Position numbers and translations under genes: made by a program. Under the pieces are notes generated by a model. That model was not told the origin of the DNA, searched no databases, and worked only from the letters and a program-made list of their open reading frames with translations. A DNA stretch of 63,868 bases, counting the filler, from Octopus bimaculoides (lineage: Eukaryota), in the NCBI RefSeq assembly GCF_001194135.2. It is 8 parts of 7 records of this genome, joined end to end, with 100 filler letters (N's around TTAATTAATTAA, not from the genome) between each part and the next. Parts side by side here need not be neighbours in the genome. Positions count along the whole stretch, not along the records: positions 45,967 to 54,068 come from NC_068983.1; positions 54,169 to 55,977 come from NW_026348506.1; positions 56,078 to 59,261 come from NC_068991.1; positions 59,362 to 61,626 come from NC_068984.1; positions 61,727 to 63,868 come from NW_026413491.1; 3 more parts are not named here. One strand, given 5' to 3'. This document shows, in pieces, positions 51,853 through 63,868 of the stretch. Positions within the stretch are counted from its first letter, which is position 1. Every line of letters starts with the position of its first letter.

Positions 51853-53307
51853 TAAATACTCGCACAACACACACACACACACACACACACGCTCGACACA
51901 CACACATACACATACGTATGTATGTATGTATGTACGTATGCTTGTATGTATGTGTATGAGACAAGACGATGGGATTTTTCTAAAATCTTTCTTAGTTATA
52001 CCCTGCTTCTAAGTGCTAGTTGGCGACTGGAATAATATTTTGGAGGCAAGCTGAGATTGTGTGAAACTCACTATTTACATGGGGTTGCACAGTTTACGCA
52101 AAATTGCACAGACGTTTTTAACGTTCTGATAGAGATAGACTGAACTTCCGGAGTCTGCTGATGTGGACATGGAGCAGCTTCATTCAAATAATATCTTGAA
52201 AAGGTATTTCTTCGAACACGCAGACTACCAATTTGTAATCTGCTCGGTCAATCTTGATGGGGCATATATGCAAAAGCATTTTTGTACTAGAAGCCGAATG
52301 CGTTGTTGCCGATGAGCAAAACGTAATAGGACGCAATGATTGAGACGGACAATTGTCAAAACCTAATCGTGGAAGGGTCTAAAAAGGATGATGAATAATA
52401 TTTAGAAAAGAAGTAGCTATAAAAAAATTGATTAGAAGTGGTTATTTCTTCAACGCGAAGCACGATGGCTGTTCCATTGTTGCGTTCTCTGGGATAAGAA
52501 CGTATGAAAATCGTTCGACGGATGGGGAAAGTGAAACTTGTTTAGGAAGCTCCAATTCGTTCGCTGTCGTATCAGGTTGTCTACTACTTGATACGAGGCG
52601 ACGTGTGTAGATTTTTCAATGGTACTCTGCTCAACTGTTCTAAGCGAATGGTCGACCGGAAACACAGATAAGGTTTTTGTGTTAACCTATTTCCAGTTTG
52701 TGACTCTCGGATGGAAATGCGTTGTGCTGTGAAATGATGATTGCAGGGATGAAATATAGGATGCGATAAGTGGTAGTACAAGAACATATCGCCTGATCTA
52801 CAACGTTTTCTCTACATGTCTTAAGCTCACGTGCTAGATTTGCTCGACGAATGTCCGGGAAAGAAAAGTGACGGTAGAGAAGTAAGCGTTCTCTCTCCCA
52901 GTAAATTGGTAGAAAGACTGTTGTGAATTGTTAGCATGCACCAAATGAACAAGCCTATTCAAAACATGCGCCTGTAGACAAGAAAACAACGCCAGAGAAA
53001 GAGGGTTTATCATAATGGTCAGGATGATCCAGTTTCTGTGGGGTTTTCCTGTTGTAATCGTTGGTGGTATCCTAGGCTGCAGGGAAATATGTCCACCGGG
53101 ATATACTGTGTATTTATTATTTCTTTAATCCTTTTGCTCGTCCTACGTAAAGTGCTCAGCAAATCTGTGGTATTGAGCAGAATATTTGCTGTAGCCTATC
53201 TTTTATACCAAGACAAAACAATGTACACGATAACACTTCCAATCAGTTAAGATCAGAAGCCATGAGAGCCACTGCCTGGTACTTGGTAGCAGAGCGTAGT
53301 TACGATC

Positions 53308-53476
<169 letters not shown>

Positions 53477-53477
53477 G

Positions 53478-53615
53478 AGAGCTGGCAGAGTCGTTAGCAC
53501 AACGGGCAAAATGCTTAGCAGTATTTCACCCGTCGCTATGTTCTGAGTTCAAATTCCACCGAGGCCGACCTTGCCTTTCATCCTTTCGTGGTCGATAAAT
53601 TGTACCTATAGTAGA
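53478..53615 (+). mobile_element. SINE family B
   Basis: GAGCTGGCAGAGTCGTTAGCAC...GAGTTCAAATTCCACCGAGG...CCTTTCATCCTTTCG. Confidence 0.85.
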
Positions 53616-54014
53616 AACGATTATTATTATTATTACTATTACTATTATTATTATTATTATTATTATATCCTGGAAGTATCATGTCATCTGCCATCGGTAA
53701 GATTAGACTTCGCTTATCGGATCTGATGAGGTTAACTTCTTACTTGTTTTAGTGGGCGTGGAATTAAATGTGCTAAATCAACAAATAAATGTTATTTTTG
53801 CAAAGAGAGTGGAACAAAATTTCTGTAATTGTTACAGATTGATTACCCCAGAAGCAAGTAAGACACATCTCTACCGAAGGAACTGACGCTTATGTAATCC
53901 AAGTAAAAGTTTACAAAATGTATTTGTAGTATACATGTGTGTGTCTACATTAATACATACTTACATACATATATACTTACATGATGCATACACACGCATA
54001 AACAGACACACACA

Positions 54015-54068
<54 letters not shown>

Positions 54069-54168
54069 NNNNNNNNNNNNNNNNNNNNNNNNNNNNNNNN
54101 NNNNNNNNNNNNTTAATTAATTAANNNNNNNNNNNNNNNNNNNNNNNNNNNNNNNNNNNNNNNNNNNN

Positions 54169-54207
<39 letters not shown>

Positions 54208-54381
54208 TGGAGAGAGAGCAGAATGAACAGAGAGAAATGTGAAAGACTACGACTAAAAGTGTGATAAATATTTATTTATCAAATTGTGTCAAGACATATT
54301 TCAATATAAAGAAGCTGAGTCGTTCTAAGTGGTTAGCTATGAACATTATTATCATCACCATCATCATCATCATCATCATCA

Positions 54382-54424
<43 letters not shown>

Positions 54425-54679
54425 AGGTGCCTAGCTGGCAATGTCGTCAGCACACTCGGTGAAATGCTGACAACCTTCCACGCCGCAATTGTCTTTGTTC
54501 CAGCACACCATCTCAAATCAGGTCACTTGCTATGCGAGTACATCTTCGTAATAATAATAATGATGATGATGATAATAATAATAATCCTTTCTACTATAGG
54601 CACAAGGCCTGAAATTTTTTTCAATATGCTGCAAAGCATTTTGCCCAGCGTGCTAACAATTCTGCCAGCTCACCACTCA

Positions 54680-54712
<33 letters not shown>

Positions 54713-55788
54713 CTTTTCTATTCTAGGCACAAGGCCCGATATTTTGGAGAAGGTTGGCCAGTTGCTTAGATCAACCCCAGAGCGTAACTGGTACNNNNNN
54801 NNNNNNNNNNNNNNNNNNNNNNNNNNNNNNNNNNNNNNNNNNNNNNNNNNNNNNNNNNNNNNNNNNNNNNNNNNNNNNNNNNNNNNNNNNNNNNNNNNNN
54901 NNNNNNNNNNNNNNNNNNNNNNNNNNNNNNNNNNNNNNNNNNNNNNNNNNNNNNNNNNNNNNNNNNNNNNNNNNNNNNNNNNNNNNNNNNNNNNNNNNNN
55001 NNNNNNNNNNNNNNNNNNNNNNNNNNNNNNNNNNNNNNNNNNNNNNNNNNNNNNNNNNNNNNNNNNNNNNNNNNNNNNNNNNNNNNNNNNNNNNNNNNNN
55101 NNNNNNNNNNNNNNNNNNNNNNNNNNNNNNNNNNNNNNNNNNNNNNNNNNNNNNNNNNNNNNNNNNNNNNNNNNNNNNNNNNNNNNNNNNNNNNNNNNNN
55201 NNNNNNNNNNNNNNNNNNNNNNNNNNNNNNNNNNNNNNNNNNNNNNNNNNNNNNNNNNNNNNNNNNNNNNNNNNNNNNNNNNNNNNNNNNNNNNNNNNNN
55301 NNNNNNNNNNNNNNNNNNNNNNNNNNNNNNNNNNNNNNNNNNNNNNNNNNNNNNNNNNNNNNNNNNNNNNNNNNNNNNNNNNNNNNNNNNNNNNNNNNNN
55401 NNNNNNNNNNNNNNNNNNNNNNNNNNNNNNNNNNNNNNNNNNNNNNNNNNNNNNNNNNNNNNNNNNNNNNNNNNNNNNNNNNNNNNNNNNNNNNNNNNNN
55501 NNNNNNNNNNNNNNNNNNNNNNNNNNNNNNNNNNNNNNNNNNNNNNNNNNNNNNNNAATGGGCTCAAAAGGAAGAAAGGCAAAGTGACCTCAACGAAATT
55601 AAATAATAATAATAATAATAATAATTTGTTTTGCAAGATTCTTGATGTGAAATCGTGTGTTGAAACAGATGTTGTTCTACTTGGGGATGGTCATATTGCC
55701 AGTTTAGCCAATAAAAACACATGCACTGTATATTTGGTGTTAATTTGCTTCAGCTTTATATTATATTACATTACATTAATCGTATTTC

Positions 55789-55833
55789 GGCCAGAGATCT
55801 TTCGTCACACTTCTGTGACCTCATCAGTGGTCC
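55789..55833 (-). ncRNA. Minimal type I hammerhead motif
   Basis: Minus strand GGACCA-CUGAUGA-G-GUCAC AGAAGU GUGAC-GAAA-GAUC-UC/UGGCC; perfect core, 5-bp stem II, palindromic stem III AGAUCU, CUC triplet. Confidence 0.75.
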
Positions 55834-55947
55834 TTTGCTTTCTTCTTTCTTATGTGTGTCTCACATAAATGGCTGATAGTTAGCCAAATGATACAAAATG
55901 GCTGATAGTTAGCAAGGTGGGACACACATTAGAAAGAAGAAAGCAAA

Positions 55948-55977
55948 GGACCACTGATGAGGTCACAGAAGTGTGAC
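55948..55977 (+). ncRNA. Second, inverted copy of the same hammerhead, cut off by gap
   Basis: GGACCA-CTGATGA-G-GTCACAGAAGTGTGAC then N. Confidence 0.65.
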
Positions 55978-57459
55978 NNNNNNNNNNNNNNNNNNNNNNN
56001 NNNNNNNNNNNNNNNNNNNNNTTAATTAATTAANNNNNNNNNNNNNNNNNNNNNNNNNNNNNNNNNNNNNNNNNNNNGGAGAGAGATATATATAGGATAG
56101 TAAGAGAGGGTGAGGAAAGGAGGGAAAAGTGAGAGAGAGAGTGTGAGTGTGTGTGTGAGTGTGTGTGTTTTTGTGTTGGCGTGTGTGTCTGTGTGCGTGC
56201 GTGCGTGCGTGTGTGTGTCGATGGAAAACAGAAAAGAACAAAATTGTGTTTATAGCTGGTCAGTTCTTTCAATGATAAGTTATTCTTGGCCTTTTCAAGA
56301 AATGGCAAAACCAGGTGGCATTGTTTGGAAGAAAGTTGTTTTTCAAAAAGAATCTTTGGTGTCATTGTCCAGTAGGAGAGAGTGTGTAGGTGCGTTTTCG
56401 TGTGTGTGTGTGTGTGTGTGTATNNNNNNNNNNNNNNNNNNNNNNNNNNNNNNNNNNNNNNNNNNNNNNNNNNNNNNNNNNNNNNNNNNNNNNNNNNNNN
56501 NNNNNNNNNNNNNNNNNNNNNNNNNNNNNNNNNNNNNNNNNNNNNNNNNNNNNNNNNNNNNNNNNNNNNNNNNNNNNNNNNNNNNNNNNNNNNNNNNNNN
56601 NNNNNNNNNNNNNNNNNNNNNNNNNNNNNNNNNNNNNNNNNNNNNNNNNNNNNNNTGTATGTGTGTGTGTGTGTGGTGTGTGTACGTGTGTGTTTGTGTA
56701 TTTGTGTTGGAGTGTTCTTGGGATGTTATAATTATATTTCATTAGTGATTTCTGTTCGATTCTTTGACGGTTCTGTGTAGCATTTCAAAATCCTGCTTAA
56801 TCCAATGTGCATATTCCTGGTCTAATTAATCTCTCATACACATACATGCGCGAGCGGACACACACACATGCGCGCGCGCATAATGCGCACAGAAACGCCT
56901 CACCCCCACACAATAACACAGTCTGTATCTCACACATACACCAATTCTCCATCTCTTCTACATTCATACATACTTTTTCACAAATAGCCTCTCTCTCTTT
57001 CTCTCTCATATTCACACACTCTTACACAAGCATAAACACACATATTTACTCTCTCAGACACGCATACGCTCATACACACGCGCTCACGGTCTTTTCCACA
57101 CACTTACAAGTAGTCTTACACGCGCATATATCCACATATATTAATAAATAGGGATCTATTGTCACATGGTGATTTGATCAATATAACCAGAATTTAATTA
57201 AATTACATCTAGATTTGATTATTGTGAGATTTACATAATTTCATATTTGCAGCCCTTGGTTTCAATCTCAATCCCATTCCATGGCAACTAGGGAATTTGT
57301 CTTCCAAATTTGTAACCGGCGAACCAAAGCCTTTTGAGCGAATGTCGTTGACAGGAACAGAGTTTGCTGCGTGGCGAGCTGGCAGAAACGTTAGCACGCC
57401 GGGCGATAGTGCTTAGCTGTATTTCGTCAGCTGTTATGTTCTGGATTCAAATTCCGCCG

Positions 57460-58400
57460 GTACGGGTGGGGGCCCTGATCAATTTAGATCAGTCTAAAGC
57501 ATTCGATAGGGTTGACCTTCTGTACCTGGCGGCGGTCCTCAAGGCAGCAAGTTTCGGGTTTGTATTCAGGGGCTGGATCGCTGCAATGCAGAGCGACATC
57601 TGATTAGTGGTCAGAGTTGTTCAACATCATGCGCTCGGTCCGGCAAGGTTGTCCCCTCTCGTCTCTCTTGTACGTACTGATTCGGCGCTGAGAGGTATCC
57701 GCGTGACCTAGGATGTGTCAGCATATACTGACGACATCACTGTAGTGGTGTCGGATCATAAACACATAGAAATGATCAGCACCGCTCTCAGGGACAACGA
57801 GGTGGTTTCAGAAGCGATAATTAGCCAGGAAGAATCAGTGGGTTTGCCGCTCGGCACTTGGAGAAGCAAGTTCCATGTCGTCCAACTGCGTCGTTGGGCG
57901 CTGGAAGGACGGACCGGTTAAACTGCTCAGGGTTTGGTTCGGTCCAGACCTCCAGATGGATAAAAACTGGGATGAGGTAACGAGCAGGGTTACGACATCT
58001 CTAGTGCTTCCTTGACGGTGAACTTTCGGACCGGAATCGATGTATAATTTCCCAGAATCGCCGGTCTGGCAGTGCTACTGGGGAGCTTTGTCTGGTCGAG
58101 ATAAATTTTACAAGCACGGAAGTGCCGTCAGCCGAGCATGTCCAAGATGCGCGCAGGACGACGAGACAGTCTTGCATGCACACGTCCAGTATTCGAGCAT
58201 TGCTGACCTGTGGGTTTATATGGAACACCTGCTGTCGCGTGTGTGACGGATCCGGTTATCGACTGAATCCATCGCGAAGATCGCCCAACCGCCTACCTTT
58301 AACCAGGAAGGAAAGACTGTCTTCATATGCCTGGTGGCCATGGTGAAAGATGTATGGTGGACGATATCGAAGGGGCTGAAGACTTGCGTTTCACCCCCCC
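57460..58400 (+). mobile_element. Tx1/L1-clade LINE RT fragment with C-terminal zinc-binding region
   Basis: GALINLDQSKAFDRVD...RSVRQGCPLSSLLYVL...VSAYTDDITVVV...CPRCAQDDETVLHA; frameshifts and deletions. Confidence 0.88.
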
Positions 58401-59137
58401 CCCACCTTTTTTTTGTGCCGCTGCAATCCGGTTCTGTTCGTAGAAGGTGCCACCTTTGTCGGTGCAGCTTCACCAGGCGGGACCATCTTGTACTTCACAT
58501 ATTCGCCCTGCCAAACCTTACTTCATTTGTGATACTTTTCGAAACCACAACCTTCTCTTACACAATTTCTTAACTCATACGACTCTAATGCCAAACACCC
58601 ATTCTTCTCCCTTTGAAAATTCTCTCCAAATTTTAAACCCTCATTCACTTATCTAACTTTGTTATGATGAAATACACACGCATGCGTACATGCACCTTCA
58701 TACACACGATTTGTTCGCATGATGCTGTATAACCTACATATGGTTATATAAATGTATGCACGTATGTATATATGTTTTATGTACACGTGCATGCATATGT
58801 ATATGTACATATATGTATATGTACATATATGTATATGCGTATTTATATATAAATATGATGCATATAAGCACGCGCACACACACACACACACACATATACG
58901 AACACACATACACAGGCACACTCACACTCACCCACGCGCACGCATATATACGCAGACACGTGTATAATTTGATCTACATAATATCTCTATGCAAATGTAT
59001 ATATATACACAAACACGCATACACACATACATACACACACGCACGCACGCACACATACACACACGCACGCTCTCTCACATCTCTGTGTGTCTTATGCCTA
59101 TCAATCAAAATATCTGTAGACGTATATACTTCTGTGA

Positions 59138-59178
<41 letters not shown>

Positions 59179-59361
59179 CACATATGTGTACATACATACA
59201 TATACATATATGTCTGTAGATATATATATATATGTATACATACACACACACACATACACACNNNNNNNNNNNNNNNNNNNNNNNNNNNNNNNNNNNNNNN
59301 NNNNNTTAATTAATTAANNNNNNNNNNNNNNNNNNNNNNNNNNNNNNNNNNNNNNNNNNNN

Positions 59362-59703
59362 AGTAGCGTCGGTGTCACTTTCACATTATGGATGAGATCC
59401 ATATTATTTGTGAAGCAGAGATCCAGTATGTTACCTGCCCTGGTTGGCTGGAGTACCACTTGTTCCATGTACAAAGTGTTGGCAAGTTTCAGGAGGGAAT
59501 TCACCTGCCCTTGTTCGTATCGCGTCATTCCTGGGAGAGAAAGGCCCTCGGGCCATCTGACATTGGGCAGATTGAAGTCTCCCATAAGAAGTACACTTAC
59601 GTGTTGTTCTAATGTGTCTAGAACTTCTATTTTTGTAAGGCAGTCTTCAAATTTGCCTACATGATTTGGAGCATCTGGAGGGCGATATGTAGCACATATA
59701 ACT
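59362..59703 (-). mobile_element. LINE AP-endonuclease fragment (CR1/L2-like)
   Basis: VICATYRPPD...VLLMGDFNLPNVRW...QVVLQPTRAGNILDLCFTNN; open frame up to the gap. Confidence 0.88.
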
Positions 59704-60299
59704 ACATTATATATATATAATACTTAGAATTATATTTCAATAATGTTAGTAGTGTGATCCGCCCGTGGAATATGAGTTCAGTATACACGTAGAAGCACAG
59801 AAAACCTAAACGATCGATACAACCATTTCCTCTCGGACCATATAACAGGTTTTGTGTAAGAGTCACTTCTCAGGAAGAAGGAAAGAATGTAATAGGCTGT
59901 TTAGCCTATTTTCTTTAATTAGGATTGTCTAACTTCCCAATTTTCTAATTATTAATATAGAATGAAGTGATTACAATATCAATGCCATCGTTTGATTTTA
60001 TCGAAAGTTTGAGAACTTGGGCCCTTCAAACTAAATATATGAGATTTTGCAAATTTGATATATTCTTCCTACCTTGCTGCTCATCCGAATACACGAAACC
60101 TAAGATTTCAAGAGCTGAGAAAAAAAGTTTATATCATTATTTCATGTCTTTGTTTGTGCATGTATAACATTTTAACTTGCAATATGCATCAGATCCCTTT
60201 GTGCTTCTATGTTGTCATTCTTCAGAATAAAGTAATCATCTAGATAGCTTTTCCAACTCTTCCTCATCCATTGGTGATAGGAGTTTCCATATTTTTGTA

Positions 60300-61250
60300 G
60301 TGATTCTTGATACATAGTCAATTCGAAGTAGTCCCGAAAGTATAGAAAACTTAAACGAATTCAAGACATTTCTTAGTTGTGTAAACACAGAGTCATGCAA
60401 TTTACAATGGAATACAGCAAAGAGAAACTTACTAAAAAGAAAAGTCAATAAAGAAATTGGAACTGACTTTTATTATAAACCCACAGACTCGAAGCAATAC
60501 CTAATTTTTAACTCATGCCATTTTAAACACATTAAAATAAATATCCCTTTCAATTTTGGAAAAAAAAAGATATGCATATCTGTATCTGATAAAAAAAAAA
60601 ATACCCATGAATTATGCCTTAACGAAATTAAAACCATACTCGAGGATAGATATTATACACCTCCACAAAAAGACGATGAGATAAAACGTGCCAAGACAAT
60701 TGATAGCCATACAATATGAGGAATAAAACCAATTAACACAATTGATTTGAGAATATTACTTTATATTTCTACCTAAAAACCCAGAAACAATGAGGCTGAC
60801 AACATTATTCTCAAAAATCTCCCAATACTCAATAAGGATCTTAAGATGGATCAAATTCTCCGCACACATAAAATCATTAAAAGTAAAAAGAACAGAAGCA
60901 GCCACAGTCACCAAAGAGAATACTGATAGATATAGAACTACACAAAAGACAAAAAGTAAAAACGAAACCAAGAATTAAAATATCTGGGAGACCAAACTGT
61001 GGAACGTGTCCTAATTTAATGGAAAGTCCGAATTTCATTTTAAACAAGAACTAATCTTCAAAATAAAAAAATGCTTTTACTTATACATCCGAAAACTTAA
61101 TCTACGTCAAAACTTACTCAGGATGTTCACAGTTATACAGGAGAAAAAGGAAAGTCACTAAAACTGATAGAAATTTTACTCAGGGAACAAGATATAGGCA
61201 AATACCTCAAAGTGACCACATACAGTCATTGAAAAATATCAAGCACGCCT
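60300..61250 (+). mobile_element. Decayed Penelope-like element (RT thumb, linker, GIY-YIG start)
   Basis: IGTDFYYKPTDSKQYLIFNSCHFKHIKINIPFN...GRPNCGTCP...FTYTSENLIYV; many stops and frameshifts. Confidence 0.8.
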
Positions 61251-61505
61251 AAATCTGAACATATAACCTGTTTTGATTGCTGCTTCACTCAATTAATCAA
61301 CTCGGTTTTATTAAATATCTAATTAATTTACTTTAACCACTAAAAATGAGTAATTCCCTCCCCTACTTCAAAAAATAACAATCACTGGTTATCTCCCCTA
61401 AAATGTATTATTTATCAATTTACAAAATATCTCATCTCACAAAGACATCGAATGACTACAACTAAGTAATGTAGCATAGATTAATAACATCATCACTAAC
61501 TATTC

Positions 61506-61541
61506 AGTCATGATTAGCTAAACAAGCGAAACCGGTCGATT
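61506..61541 (+). ncRNA. Degenerate minimal hammerhead downstream of the Penelope fragment
   Basis: AGUC-AUGAUUA-GCU AAACA AGC-GAAA-CCG-GUC/GAUU; two core substitutions, palindromic stem III ACCGGU. Confidence 0.5.
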
Positions 61542-61593
61542 ATTTAAGTATTTTTCTGTTCATTTCCTTTTTATTCTTACCATATTTCACCGA

Positions 61594-61626
<33 letters not shown>

Positions 61627-61726
61627 NNNNNNNNNNNNNNNNNNNNNNNNNNNNNNNNNNNNNNNNNNNNTTAATTAATTAANNNNNNNNNNNNNNNNNN
61701 NNNNNNNNNNNNNNNNNNNNNNNNNN

Positions 61727-62101
61727 CACTAAGAGCACCGTCCAAGTGTGATCGTTGCCAGAGCACCAGCTGTCTGACTTCCGTGCAGAGGGCACGTAAA
61801 TAGCACCATTTGAGCGTGATCGTTACCAACGGCACCTTCCTGGCACTTGTGCCAGTGGCACATGGAAAGACATTTGAGCGAGATCATTGCCAGTACCGCT
61901 GGACTGGCTCCTGTGCAGGTGGCACGTAAAAGCACCCACTACACTCTCAGACTGTTTGGTGTTAGGAAGGGCATCCAGCTATAGAAACTCTGCCAAATCA
62001 CATTGGAGCCTGGTGTAGCCATCTGGTTCACCATTCCTCAGTCAAATCATCCAACCCATGCTAGCATGGAAAGCGGACATTAAACAATTATGATGATGAT
62101 G

Positions 62102-62105
<4 letters not shown>
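61727..62105 (+). mobile_element. RTE-type 3' tail with three about 65-70-bp internal tandem units and (GAT)n end
   Basis: Three units starting G(T/C)G(T/A)GATC(G/A)TT(G/A)CCA; then TTAGGAAGGGCATCCAGC...CCAACCCATGCTAGCATGGAAAGCGGAC and (GAT)n. Confidence 0.7.
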
Positions 62106-62149
<44 letters not shown>

Positions 62150-62384
62150 GTAATGAGAAAATGGAGGAGAATATGCGGTATCCATCGACTTGCAGATAAT
62201 GTATTCCATTGATTAATTTGTTTATTTTATAAATAAATTGGCAAAAACCACAATATACAGATACTTATGTCATACCATGTCATATTAACAATTAAGGTTA
62301 CAAATATAAACGACATTTAGCAATTGGAGAAGGGACAGAAACTTACAGCTGCTTCGGCCCAGCGTTGACATGCCCCATTCTATC

Positions 62385-62995
62385 TGTATAGCTCCTGTAA
62401 ATGGGTAAACATTGACTGGATCAAACTAGGTGAACCTTACTCTGCCCTCTCCTTGGTGGTATTAAACCATGTAATCACCTTGTTGGTGTTGCACTATAGG
62501 GAAAGGTTGGTGGCTCTCCTTAAGTCATTGTTGATGTTCCCCAATACGTGTTTGTTTGCCAGAACAATCTTGGATTTAGCTGGGTTGATTAGGCAGCACT
62601 TGGGGTTAGAGCCGAAGTTTGGTTTATGGTCTTTGATAGTGATGGAGGCATTCCTTTTAGCTAAAATGTCTACCCTCTCTGCTATATCTAAGCCATTGGC
62701 TAACTGTTCAGCCTTACTGTTGATGCTGTTGTATGTGTAGGGTAAGTGTACCTATAGTTCTGGGTAATGTGTTCTATAAAAGTCTTATAAATATGGGTGT
62801 CTATCTTATGTAGGTTTTTTTTTTATCTTGTTTGGGAAGATTAGGGATCTGTTTGAATTTTTTTAGTAGTCTAAAAAGTAGTCAATGCAGAGCTTCTGTT
62901 TGAAGGAGCAAGAAGACTTATGGAATTTTAGTCTGGGAATGATGCCCAGCAGCTCTGCTTTGAAGGCTTTAAGGTCCTTGATCCTGGGTGGGTAT
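62385..62995 (-). mobile_element. Penelope-like element RT N-terminal fragment, a different PLE lineage from 13935 and 60300
   Basis: Minus strand ...ASITIKDHKPNFGSNPKCCLINPAKSKI...NINNDLRRATNL...VITWF...FDPVNVYP, a degenerate PLE RT motif series. Confidence 0.75.
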
Positions 62996-63093
62996 CTCCT
63001 ATGATAACATATGTTTTATGATTTTGAAGTTAGATTTTCTGTTTGAATTGTTGTTTAGCCAATGAAAATGTGAATTTTCTTTTCAGCACCAAA

Positions 63094-63297
63094 ATGCCTA
63101 TACTTAGCCTACCAAAGGTGTTGTTTGGAACATCAATTAAACTGTACAAGGACCAAGATTATGCCAAACTGAAGCAAGAATGTATAAGCAAAGGCTCCTT
63201 GTTTGTGGATCCTGAGTTTCCTACAGTAAACACTTCAGTGTTTTTCACTCCAGAGAAGGTATCTAGAATAGGAACAATTGAATGGAAGCGGCCTAAG
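63094..63297 (+). CDS. CAPN5: Calpain-5 (tra-3-like) first coding exon; exon spans 63087-63297
   Basis: MPILSLPKVLFGTSIKLYKDQDYAKLKQECISKGSLFVDPEFP...IEWKRPK resembles the calpain-5 N-terminus (YEDQNYSALRRDC...LFEDPLFP...WKRPK). Acceptor TTTTCTTTTCAG ends 63086; donor AAG/GTAAAA, phase 0. Subfamily call rests on 68 aa. Confidence 0.85.
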
Positions 63298-63669
63298 GTA
63301 AAAAAAGTTGTTCTATTTTCTTATCTCAATATATTTTCAAATGTAAAGCTTTAAAATTGATATCATACCTGAAGATTCTCTACAGTGAATGCAGTTTTGA
63401 ACTATTGATGAAATGATTCTGTAATATTGTTTTAACGTTTGTGCATGTGTGTGTGTCCGTGAGTGTTAACCATGGCATACCACAATCAATCACTTTGATC
63501 ATTGCTTCTAGCTGTGACATGGCTATAGTAAAATATGTAACCTCGAGGTTTAGGTCTTAAAAATGTTTCTCACACAAAAAATGGTGGGCAGTTTATTGAG
63601 ATTTGTTTGGGATGCATTGAGCATCTCTGTATGCCGTGCTGAAGACAAATATGGCTTATCAAAATTGCA

Positions 63670-63868
63670 TTGTCACTCTGATGGATTCCCAGCAATCCTT
63701 CTAAAAGTATGTAAACGAGTCCTAGCAAGACTACTGCAGTCCCTCTTTCAGAGCTTCCTTGCATCTGGCAAACTCCCAAGAAAACTGAAGGAGGGAAAAA
63801 TATGCCCTATTCTTAAAAGAGGTAGCAGAGCGGAGGCCAAGAACTACAAACCTATCTCTCTGACCTCG
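63670..63868 (+). mobile_element. CR1/L2-like LINE RT N-terminal fragment in the calpain intron
   Basis: DGFPAILLKVCKRVLARLLQSLFQSFLASGKLPRKLKEGKICPILKRGSRAEAKNYKPISLTS; runs off window end. Confidence 0.88.

Noticed and set aside
52020-53050. CpG-rich kilobase with short ORFs on both strands
   Set aside because: Only faint LINE-like resemblance (FLSQRTQQWNS); could not assign it as gene or element.

Overview
AT-rich animal genomic DNA with many assembly gaps. The microsatellite load and SINE families are typical of an octopod cephalopod, probably Octopus (inferred, not verified). Only one host coding exon is supportable: the first coding exon of a calpain-5 (tra-3-like) gene at 63094-63297 (+). 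The rest is microsatellites, tRNA-derived SINEs, decayed DNA transposons (two Tc1 DD34E, an inverted pair of DD37D/maT deletion derivatives, MITEs, a fold-back), LINE fragments (CR1/L2-like, RTE, Tx1) and Penelope-like element (PLE) remnants. The notable signal is RNA-level: about a dozen hammerhead-ribozyme (HHR) motifs in several sequence families. Most are type I with short palindromic stem III, the dimer-cleaving PLE type, and two sit at the 3' ends of recognisable Penelope fragments. One motif (47760-47820), plus a weaker second one (31423-31490), has its three strands in a non-circularly permuted, pseudoknotted order. All ribozyme calls are by-eye pairings, untested for activity. Nearly all ORFs in the supplied track are microsatellite or N-gap artefacts.
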